Shown here one piece after another: positions 56,973 through 64,000 of a DNA stretch of 64,000 bases (its first letter is position 1; every line of letters starts with the position of its first letter). Source of the DNA: Thermoplasmata archaeon (GTDB lineage: Archaea; Thermoplasmatota; Thermoplasmata; GCA-020350865); assembly GCA_020348445.1 (NCBI GenBank), contig CP070751.1, forward strand, positions 615,901 to 679,900. The letters run 5' to 3'. The notes below the pieces were generated by a model. The model did no database searches. It saw nothing but the letters and a program-made list of their open reading frames with translations, and was not told the origin of the DNA. Both the position numbers and the translations under genes were made by a program.

Positions 56973-58154
56973 ATGAAGGAAATTGTTATAATTGGCGCGG
57001 CAAGAACAGCAATTGGAAAGTTCAATGGGACGCTTGCTAACTTTCCTGCACCGAAGTTGGGGGCCATTGCCATAAAGGAAGCAGTCAGTCGAGCTGGCAT
57101 AGATGTCAATTCTGTGGATGAGGTTATGATGGGAAATGTGGTTGCAGCCGGCCTTGGGCAGAATCCTGCGAGGCAGGCCTCAATTCATGCTGGTTTGCCT
57201 GTAGGTATCGGTGCTGTGACAGTAAACAAGGTATGCGGCTCAGGTCTGAAGACTGTGATGATGGCAGCATCCTCTATTAAAGCGGGAGATAATGATCTCA
57301 TCGTGACAGGCGGGATGGAGAATATGAATTTAGGGCCTTATCTTTTAAGAAAGGCTAGATCCGGATACCGCCTTGGCAATGGAGACCTTGTGGATGCCAT
57401 GGTTTATGATGGCCTCTGGGATGTGTACAACGATTTTCATATGGGCAATACAGGGGAAATAATTGCCGAAAAATTCAACGTTACCAGGGAGCAGGCAGAT
57501 GAACTCGCCCTAGCAAGTCATCAGAAGGCAGCAGAAGCCATAAAAGAAGGCAAGTTCAAGGATGAGATTGTGCCAGTTGAGGTTCCGCAGAGAAAAGGCG
57601 AGCCCATTATATTTGATACAGATGAGGGTGTCAGGGGGGACTCATCTCTTGAGAAATTGGCAAAGCTCAAACCCGTGTTCAAGAAGGATGGTTTGGTTAC
57701 AGCTGGAAACGCATCCCAGATCAGTGACGGCGGAGCTGCTTGTGTGGTGGCTTCAAGGGAAAAGGCCCAAGAACTGGGGTGCAAACCCATGGCCAGGATC
57801 ATCGATTATCACACAGGCGGTCTGGCCCCGGAGCTTGTCATGGAAGCCCCGATACCCACATGCAGGACACTTATGGAAAAGACAGGTTTCGGAATCGATG
57901 ATATCGATTTATTTGAGCACAACGAGGCCTTTGCCTCGGCATCGGTGGCCGTGAAAAAGGAGCTCGGCATACCGGATGAGAAGTTCAATGTTCACGGAGG
58001 AGCGGTAGCGCTGGGTCATCCCATAGGTTGTAGCGGAACAAGGGTGTTGATCACGCTGCTTTATGCTTTAAAACAAAGGGATTTAAAAAGAGGTCTGGCA
58101 ACTCTTTGCCTTGGCGGGGGAAACGCAGTTGCCATGATAGTTGAAATGGAATAA
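56973..58154 (+). CDS. Acetyl-CoA C-acetyltransferase (thiolase II)
   Basis: Trimmed to [17 protein letters not shown]. Active-site contexts [29 protein letters not shown]. Confidence 0.92.
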   Translation: MKEIVIIGAARTAIGKFNGTLANFPAPKLGAIAIKEAVSRAGIDVNSVDEVMMGNVVAAGLGQNPARQASIHAGLPVGIGAVTVNKVCGSGLKTVMMAASSIKAGDNDLIVTGGMENMNLGPYLLRKARSGYRLGNGDLVDAMVYDGLWDVYNDFHMGNTGEIIAEKFNVTREQADELALASHQKAAEAIKEGKFKDEIVPVEVPQRKGEPIIFDTDEGVRGDSSLEKLAKLKPVFKKDGLVTAGNASQISDGGAACVVASREKAQELGCKPMARIIDYHTGGLAPELVMEAPIPTCRTLMEKTGFGIDDIDLFEHNEAFASASVAVKKELGIPDEKFNVHGGAVALGHPIGCSGTRVLITLLYALKQRDLKRGLATLCLGGGNAVAMIVEME

Positions 58155-58168
58155 TTGGAGGATTTTAG

Positions 58169-59017
58169 ATGGAGATTTCTAAGGTAGGAGTACTTGGAGC
58201 AGGAGTTATGGGCAATGGTATTGCCCAAGTCTTTGCACAGGCAGGATATGAAGTCGTGATGAGGGACATAGAGGACAGATTCGTTGAAGGCGGAATGTCA
58301 AATATAACCAAGAATCTTCACAGAAGTGTGGAGAAAGGAAGAATCAAGGCCGAGGAAAAGGATGCCGTGCTTTCGCGTATTACAGGTACCACAAAGATGG
58401 AAGACCTAAAGGATGTTGATTTCTTAGTCGAGGCTGTGATAGAAAATCTGGACATCAAAAAGAAGGTATTTGAGGAATTGGAAAATCTGTGTAAAAAGGA
58501 TGTGATATTCGCCTCTAACACATCCTCCATCTCAATAACTAAACTCGCGGCCACCACATCAAAACCTGATAAGTTCATAGGAATGCACTTTTTCAACCCT
58601 GTGCCGGTGATGAAACTGGTGGAGGTCATAAGGGGAATCGCAACAACCAATGAAACGACCCAGGCAACGATAGAGCTTGCAACTAAACTCGATAAAACAC
58701 CTGTGGAGGTGAACGATTACCCAGGCTTCGTGTCCAATAGGGTCCTAATGCCCATGATAAACGAGGCCATATATTGCCTCATGGAAGGTGTAGGAACAAA
58801 GGAGGCAATAGACGATGTCATGAAGCTTGGAATGAACCATCCCATGGGACCCTTGGCCTTAGCCGATCTCATAGGACTTGACACATGCCTTCACATCATG
58901 GATGTACTTCACGAGGGTTTCGGCGATCCCAAGTACAGGCCCTGCCCACTTCTAAAGAAAATGGTGGATGCAGGTTATCTGGGAAGAAAATCTGGTAAAG
59001 GCTTCTATGATTATTGA
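58169..59017 (+). CDS. hbd: 3-hydroxybutyryl-CoA dehydrogenase
   Basis: 282 aa. [16 protein letters not shown] Rossmann motif, [18 protein letters not shown]. Confidence 0.92.
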   Translation: MEISKVGVLGAGVMGNGIAQVFAQAGYEVVMRDIEDRFVEGGMSNITKNLHRSVEKGRIKAEEKDAVLSRITGTTKMEDLKDVDFLVEAVIENLDIKKKVFEELENLCKKDVIFASNTSSISITKLAATTSKPDKFIGMHFFNPVPVMKLVEVIRGIATTNETTQATIELATKLDKTPVEVNDYPGFVSNRVLMPMINEAIYCLMEGVGTKEAIDDVMKLGMNHPMGPLALADLIGLDTCLHIMDVLHEGFGDPKYRPCPLLKKMVDAGYLGRKSGKGFYDY

Positions 59018-59147
59018 TATATTCTTTAAAAGGTCATTAAGACTAAACCATTGCCCTCCATCCAAAACCCCCTCCTCCCACCCAATAAAAGAGATTTTAA
59101 AAATGGGATGACTATCTATTGGATGAAATTAAAATCCCACAAGAAGT

Positions 59148-59270
59148 GGCTGACGGCGATCCCTGCTTCCCATGGGCTCGCGCACCATAGTACAACAGGG
59201 AACGCTGGTGGACTTAACTTCTGGGTTCGGAATGAGACCAGGTGTAGCCCCACCGCTATGGCCGTCATAC
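59148..59270 (-). rRNA. rrf: 5S ribosomal RNA (unlinked to 16S/23S in this window)
   Basis: Revcomp reads ..ATGACGGCCATAGCGGTGGGGCTACACCTGGTCTCATTCCGAACCCAGAAGTTAAGTCCACCAGCGTTCC...GGGAAGCAGGGATCGCCGTCAG.., with helix I TGACGGC/GCCGTCA. TATA-like CTATAAATAAA lies ~35 nt upstream. Ends are +/- 3 nt. Confidence 0.9.
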
Positions 59271-59450
59271 CTCTTGTAAACCGGGTTATATCCGAGCCTT
59301 TATTTATAGCTTTCTTTTACTGTAAAAACCCATAAAATCCCATTCTTTTCCGTTAATTTAGCCTTTTTTTCACACCATAAATTCTATATATAGAATAGGA
59401 TATAACCGCACAAAACCAAGATTTCTTATTCAATAACTGGGGTACATGGC

Positions 59451-61490
59451 ATGATAGGGGAGTCTCTCGTTATATTCTCGCTTCTTGCAGCTCTAATCGC
59501 ATTACTGGCGGCTATCTTTCTCTCACGAAAGATTTTGAAAGCCGATGCTGGATCATCCGAGATGCAGAAGATATCAAATGCAACCAGGCGAGGCGCCATG
59601 GCATACCTGAAAAGACAGGACATGGCCATACTTTACTTTATGGTCTTCATGATTATCGCTCTAAGTCTCTTAATTGGGCTCTTAACAACCATCGCCTTCG
59701 TGCTGGGCGCAACGTTGTCAGCCTTGGCGGGATTCATTGGAATGAACATAGCCACCAAAGCCAATGTGAGGACAACAGAGGGTGCAAGACAGGGACTCAA
59801 CAAAGGCCTGAGGATAGCATTTTCCAGCGGCACGGTGATGGGGCTCTCTGTCGTGGGGCTGGGCCTATTGGGCCTGATAATAATGTACATGTTTTTCTCT
59901 GTGGTCCTTAGCAATGATTTGGGTACCATCACCACCGTGATAGCTGGTTTCGGTCTGGGAGCCAGCTCAATCGCCCTGTTTGCCAGGGTGGGAGGCGGGA
60001 TCTTCACCAAGGCCGCTGATGTAGGGGCTGATTTGGTAGGAAAGGTGGAGGCAGGCATTCCTGAGGATGATCCAAGAAACCCAGCGACAATAGCCGATAA
60101 TGTGGGAGACAATGTGGGCGATGTAGCAGGCATGGGCGCTGATTTATACGAATCCTATGTCGGCTCGATAATAGCTACCATGGCCTTGGGCTGGGTGGCT
60201 TATAAACATGGAGAATTGCCGATTTACTGTGTTGTACTGCCTCTCGTAATTGCAGGAGTTGGAATATTTTCCTCGGTGATCGGGACCTTTTTTGTAAGGA
60301 CAGGTGAGAAAGCCGAGCAGCGCCTTCTTCTACTGGCCTTGAGAAAAGGCATATACATTTCCGCAATACTTGTTACATTTTTCTCATTTATTGCAGTATA
60401 TTTTATTCTGGGATTTGAGAATATATCTGTATTCGGGGCGATTCTCGCAGGCCTTATGGCAGGTGTGATAATAGGCCTATCCACCGAGTACTTCACCTCG
60501 GACAGCTACCAGCCAACAAGGGACCTTGCCAAATCCTCGAAAACGGGAGCAGGTCCCACGATAATCAATGGCCTTGCAATTGGCATGAAAAGCACACTAT
60601 TTCCTGTAATCACTGTAGGAGCCGCCATAATGCTTTCATATTCTTTTGCTGGATTGTACGGCATAGCCATATCCGCTGTGGGGATGTTATCCACCCTGGG
60701 AATCACCCTGGCAACGGACGCGTACGGGCCTGTGGCAGACAATGCCGGGGGCATCGCCGAGATGGCCCATCTTGGTGAGAATGTGAGAAAGAGAACAGAT
60801 GCACTGGACGCCTTGGGAAACACAACCGCGGCCACAGGCAAGGGATTTGCAATAGGCTCTGCTGCCTTGACGGCATTGGGCTTGACAGTAGCCTATGCAG
60901 ATGCTGCTGGAATAACAGATATATCCTTAATGGATCCCAGTGTGGTGGTTGGTCTGTTCATAGGGGGTATGCTACCTTTTATCTTCAGTGCCATGACCAT
61001 GCAGGCCGTGGGACGAGCAGCCTCGCAGATAGTGGAGGAAGTGAGAAGACAGTTTCGAGAAATTACAGGTCTTATGGAGGGCAAGGCAGAACCTGACTAC
61101 GAATCATGCGTGGACATCAGCACTAGGACCGCGTTAAGAGAGATGGTTCTCCCGGGTTTAACGGCCGTTATCGTACCCATAGTGGTGGGCTTACTTCTTG
61201 GTCCCTACGCCCTGGGAGGTTTGCTCATCGGTGCCCTGGTATCTGGGTTTTTGCTGGCCGTGATGATGGCCAATGCAGGAGGTGCGTGGGATAATGCCAA
61301 GAAGTACATCGAGGCTGGACACTTTGGAGGCAAGGGCTCGCAACCCCATAAGGCCGCTGTCGTGGGGGATACAGTGGGTGACCCGTTTAAGGATACCTCC
61401 GGTCCCTCGATAAACATACTCCTTAAGCTCATGTCGATAGTTTCTTTAGTGTTCGCATCCTTTATAGTTCAGTGGAGCATTGCAGGTTAA
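59451..61490 (+). CDS. hppA: Membrane-bound ion-translocating pyrophosphatase
   Basis: 679 aa, ~16 TM helices. [39 protein letters not shown]. Confidence 0.95.
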   Translation: MIGESLVIFSLLAALIALLAAIFLSRKILKADAGSSEMQKISNATRRGAMAYLKRQDMAILYFMVFMIIALSLLIGLLTTIAFVLGATLSALAGFIGMNIATKANVRTTEGARQGLNKGLRIAFSSGTVMGLSVVGLGLLGLIIMYMFFSVVLSNDLGTITTVIAGFGLGASSIALFARVGGGIFTKAADVGADLVGKVEAGIPEDDPRNPATIADNVGDNVGDVAGMGADLYESYVGSIIATMALGWVAYKHGELPIYCVVLPLVIAGVGIFSSVIGTFFVRTGEKAEQRLLLLALRKGIYISAILVTFFSFIAVYFILGFENISVFGAILAGLMAGVIIGLSTEYFTSDSYQPTRDLAKSSKTGAGPTIINGLAIGMKSTLFPVITVGAAIMLSYSFAGLYGIAISAVGMLSTLGITLATDAYGPVADNAGGIAEMAHLGENVRKRTDALDALGNTTAATGKGFAIGSAALTALGLTVAYADAAGITDISLMDPSVVVGLFIGGMLPFIFSAMTMQAVGRAASQIVEEVRRQFREITGLMEGKAEPDYESCVDISTRTALREMVLPGLTAVIVPIVVGLLLGPYALGGLLIGALVSGFLLAVMMANAGGAWDNAKKYIEAGHFGGKGSQPHKAAVVGDTVGDPFKDTSGPSINILLKLMSIVSLVFASFIVQWSIAG

Positions 61491-61531
61491 GGATTAAAAA
61501 GACATAATGTATTAGGATATCATGGAAGTGA

Positions 61532-62158
61532 ATGAAAATGTACCTTATTGTCACAAGAGAAGAGGTCGTGAGAATACCGCCCGAGCAGCTCACAGAGAAT
61601 GTGGATGAGGTAGTGGAGATGCTCACGCAGCAGAACTTCGAGGGGAAAATCGGGAGGAATGGAGGATTGACGGTTCTCACAACCAATATCGAAAGATTGG
61701 GTGAGGGAAGAATAGTCCACGGCGATGGAGCTGTGTATCAGGGCGTGAAGTACGATGCCTTGATATTTATTCCAGAGCTACAGGAGATAGTCCACGGGAC
61801 CGTATGTGAGATGCTGCGGTTCGGAGCCTTTGTGCGTTTCGGACCCCTGGATGGACTTTTACATATCAGCCAGGTCATGGACGATAGAATCGATGTTGAT
61901 GTTTCAAACTCAAGACTCATGGGGAAGGATTCAAAACGAGACCTCAAGGTAGGAGACGATGCCCGGGCAAGAGTCGTGGCGGTCAGCATCAACGAACGCA
62001 GTCCAAGGGAGAGCAAGATAGGTCTTACGATGAGGCAACCTTCCCTTGGTAAATTTGAATGGATAGAAGAGGATATCAGAGGAGAAGGTCCTAAGAAGCC
62101 GAAAAAGAAAAAGAAGGGAAAGAAAGGAAAGAAAAAGGGTAAAAAGCCAGGGCCTTAA
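61532..62158 (+). CDS. rpoE: DNA-directed RNA polymerase subunit Rpo7 (E'), S1 domain, with poly-Lys C-terminal tail
   Basis: 208 aa; the start may be the second ATG at 61538. MYLIVTREEVVRIPPEQL, and the S1 domain GTVCEMLRFGAFVRFGPLDGLLHISQV. Tail is PKKPKKKKKGKKGKKKGKKPGP. Confidence 0.88.
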   Translation: MKMYLIVTREEVVRIPPEQLTENVDEVVEMLTQQNFEGKIGRNGGLTVLTTNIERLGEGRIVHGDGAVYQGVKYDALIFIPELQEIVHGTVCEMLRFGAFVRFGPLDGLLHISQVMDDRIDVDVSNSRLMGKDSKRDLKVGDDARARVVAVSINERSPRESKIGLTMRQPSLGKFEWIEEDIRGEGPKKPKKKKKGKKGKKKGKKPGP

Positions 62159-62172
62159 AACGAGGGTGAATT

Positions 62173-62358
62173 ATGTCAACTATAAAAGCTTGCAAGATTT
62201 GTAGACTCATAACTGATGAGGATAAATGTCCAAGATGCGGTGAAAAAACATCAAGGGAATGGCAAGGATATCTGATTATGGTGAACCATTCCCGCTCCGA
62301 AATCGCAAAGAAAGTGGGTATCGATGCAAATGGTAAGTACGCGCTCAAGGTCAGATGA
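62173..62358 (+). CDS. spt4: Transcription elongation factor Spt4 (RpoE'')
   Basis: 61 aa with the zinc ribbon CKICRLITDEDKCPRCG. Conserved position after rpo7. Confidence 0.88.
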   Translation: MSTIKACKICRLITDEDKCPRCGEKTSREWQGYLIMVNHSRSEIAKKVGIDANGKYALKVR

Positions 62359-62875
62359 TGATTTTTTTGGGTCCAGAAAAACGTTAAAATTGCCAGATGA
62401 TCTGCGAGATGAACTGAAAAATCCTTTGGGGGAGGTTGTTTTGGAGAGGGAACTTTCAGGGATCTTAAGACATTTTAAAAAAGTGGTGAGTGTTGGTGAT
62501 CAATGTTCATTTACCCTTTTTAAAATGGGTTTTACACCCGACATTGCAGTGGTGGATTACATGGTTCAGAGAAACGATGTCGGAACCATGAGGGAGCAGA
62601 TTGAGAAAATCGGGCAAATCGTTATTAATGTAAAGAACCCTCCAGGGGTGTTAACCAAGGACCTATGGAACGCGGTAAAATCCGCCTATCAGAGAGAAGA
62701 AAAGGTGAGAATAGAGGTTGATGGTGAGGAGGACCTCGCAACCCTACCGGGTGTCTGGCTTGCACCTGAAAAAACTGCAGTTGTTTATGGTCTTCCCAAC
62801 ATTGGCCTTGTTCTGGTGAAGGATGAGGATGATGCTAAGATGAAGGTTAAAAATGTACTTACTCACATGAATTGA
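62324..62875 (+). CDS. DUF359 protein (GTP-dependent dephospho-CoA kinase family)
   Basis: LKLPDDLRDELKNPLG...VSVGD..S......G..PDIAVVD is the family pattern. The start is uncertain: the track ATG overlaps spt4 by 35 nt, and an internal TTG near LKLP is possible. Confidence 0.75.
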   Translation: MQMVSTRSRSDDDFFGSRKTLKLPDDLRDELKNPLGEVVLERELSGILRHFKKVVSVGDQCSFTLFKMGFTPDIAVVDYMVQRNDVGTMREQIEKIGQIVINVKNPPGVLTKDLWNAVKSAYQREEKVRIEVDGEEDLATLPGVWLAPEKTAVVYGLPNIGLVLVKDEDDAKMKVKNVLTHMN

Positions 62876-62890
62876 AAAAGAGGTAGTAAA

Positions 62891-63217
62891 ATGGAAGTTG
62901 AGATAATATCTAAAAAGGAAAATCCAGTGATTGAAAGGCTGGAGGTGAATTTCAAGGTTTCACATCCAAAGGAAGTCACGCCAAAACGCAAGGAGGTCAG
63001 GGACGAGATTGCAGCACAACTAAAGGTTCCAAAGGATAGGATAGTCATAGACAACATGCAACCTGAGTTCGGAAAGCCAGAGACACTGGGCTATGCAAAA
63101 GTTTACAAGAATAAGAATGATGCCCTCAAAACCGAATCAGAAGCTGTCCTGAAAAGGAACAATCTTTTCGAGGAGAAAAAGGAGAAGGGTGAAGAGAAGA
63201 AGGAAGGGGGCAAGTGA
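62891..63217 (+). CDS. rps24e: 30S ribosomal protein eS24 (S24e)
   Basis: 108 aa. [16 protein letters not shown]....[12 protein letters not shown]....P.DRIVID. Confidence 0.9.
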   Translation: MEVEIISKKENPVIERLEVNFKVSHPKEVTPKRKEVRDEIAAQLKVPKDRIVIDNMQPEFGKPETLGYAKVYKNKNDALKTESEAVLKRNNLFEEKKEKGEEKKEGGK

Positions 63218-63444
63218 TGTCGAAGGTGGAACATTACGAGGTTTCGGATGACAAACTCGTTAGAAAGAAGCAGACCTGTCCTAAGTGCGGGGATGGTGTG
63301 TTTTTGGCAGAGCATTCAAACAGGGTTTCCTGCGGAAAGTGCGGGTATACAGAGTTTAAGAAGAAGGAGAAGCCCAAGAAGGAGAAGAAGGTGGAGGAAG
63401 CTCCTGTTCCCGAAACTGGGGCACCCAGCCTATTTGACGAGTAA
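63214..63444 (+). CDS. rps27ae: 30S ribosomal protein eS31 (S27ae), zinc ribbon, with K/E-rich C-terminal extension
   Basis: 76 aa. [24 protein letters not shown]. 4-nt overlap with rps24e. Confidence 0.88.
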   Translation: MMSKVEHYEVSDDKLVRKKQTCPKCGDGVFLAEHSNRVSCGKCGYTEFKKKEKPKKEKKVEEAPVPETGAPSLFDE

Positions 63445-63452
63445 ATTCTTGT

Positions 63453-63601
63453 GGGCCTGTGGTGTAGCAATCCAGGCAGGAAACTGCTTGGACTGCAGTG
63501 GATATCACTGGGGCCTCCGGAATCCCTTTTTATGGATGGGGTGAGCCCCAATCCCGGGTTCAAATTGTGTCATTGGGCACATGAAAATCCCGGCAGGCCC
63601 G
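63453..63601 (+). tRNA. tRNA-Arg (anticodon CCG) with three inferred introns (D-loop, 37/38, T-loop)
   Basis: GGGCCTG TG GTGT AGC[30 nt: AATCCAGGCAGGAAACTGCTTGGACTGCAG]TGGATA TCAC T GGGGC CTCCGG[23 nt: AATCCCTTTTTATGGATGGGGTG]A GCCCC AATC CCGGG TTCAAAT[23 nt] CCCGG CAGGCCC G. The exons give a 73-nt cloverleaf. Exact splice points are ambiguous by a few nt. Confidence 0.72.
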
Positions 63602-63617
63602 CTTCTTGTTATTTGTT

Positions 63618-64000
63618 TTACAGAGGGACCACCCACTCACATTTGGTTTTGGCGTGGATGTAGTATCCTCTTCCTATTTCGAAATTGTCTGTTGAGCCCA
63701 TCTTTTCCCATTTTTGAATCATGGAGTTAAATGTCCATATTGCATCCACATGCGTGTCGAAGGTGAGGTTGTTCAATCCTTCGGTTCTATTGTGTCTAGT
63801 TAGAGAGGGGTAACCAACCATGTTCCAGCCAGAATGAAGGGTAATTGTTTTGTTTTCAGAAGGTTGGGTGCCGTTGTAGAGGAAAATCGTGTCTCCAGGT
63901 TGGGTGATGTGAATCCAGAAGCCCATGGATTCGTTTAACTTGAAGAGATCATTTCCATAAGGTTTCCCCACTTTGTAATGCTTCCAGGGATCATTATTGT
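63618..64000 (-). CDS. C-terminal part of a secreted protein (hypothetical); N-terminus beyond the right edge
   Basis: The frame stays open from the stop at 63618 to nt 64000 (..NNDPWKHYKVGKPYGND..). The track M at 63971 is an internal GTG. A GWNMVGYP motif is present. Confidence 0.6.
   Translation of the reverse strand, partial: NNDPWKHYKVGKPYGNDLFKLNESMGFWIHITQPGDTIFLYNGTQPSENKTITLHSGWNMVGYPSLTRHNRTEGLNNLTFDTHVDAIWTFNSMIQKWEKMGSTDNFEIGRGYYIHAKTKCEWVVPL

Noticed and set aside
59051-59335. 94-aa plus-strand ORF.
   Set aside because: It lies antisense across the 5S rRNA gene and is a translation artefact of structured RNA sequence.
63234-63663. Three ORFs (63234..63563 minus, 63248..63544 plus, 63451..63663 plus).
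   Set aside because: They overlap rps27ae in alternative frames or run across tRNA-Arg, so they are shadow ORFs.

Overview
This 64-kb window reads as a densely coding archaeal chromosomal segment with about 65 protein genes, 3 tRNAs and one orphan 5S rRNA. Archaeal identity is directly supported by sn-glycerol-1-phosphate dehydrogenase, the Rpo7/Spt4/DUF359-kinase/eS24/eS31 block, intron-containing tRNAs and TATA-type promoter boxes. The lineage guess (anaerobic heterotrophic euryarchaeote, Thermoplasmatota-like because 5S is unlinked) is inference only. Main content: (1) Many secreted or membrane-anchored surface proteins, including two giant beta-helix adhesin paralogs at 1..2703 (partial) and 4280..8095, an FG-GAP/PKD/vWA protein, NEW3/CARDB-like proteins and a third beta-helix protein. 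(2) Anaerobic energy metabolism: two tandem 2-oxoacid:ferredoxin oxidoreductase (OFOR) sets, a MoaD-AOR-FeS module, membrane pyrophosphatase, thiolase and Hbd. (3) A had/thioesterase/oah(bamA) module, the alicyclic ring-opening steps of the benzoyl-CoA pathway. (4) hsp20-grpE-dnaK-dnaJ, TldD/PmbA, a GT4-GT4-flippase glycosylation set, and an ArsR-CDF metal module. (5) An AbiE-like type IV toxin-antitoxin pair. Most unusual observations: a family of about 65-nt foldback elements sits directly 3' of tRNA-Ile and tRNA-Glu, behind a conserved about 25-nt trailer. Their arms copy the acceptor end of whichever tRNA they follow, and inner-stem changes are compensated between copies. tRNA-Glu has 2 inferred introns and tRNA-Arg has 3. 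The adhesin locus carries two fossil OFOR-beta 3' ends that record serial duplication, with the TA pair lodged between them. An unexplained block of six consecutive hairpins lies upstream of tRNA-Glu. No CRISPR array, integrase or transposase gene was seen. All homology calls come from reading motifs by eye; no database search was run.
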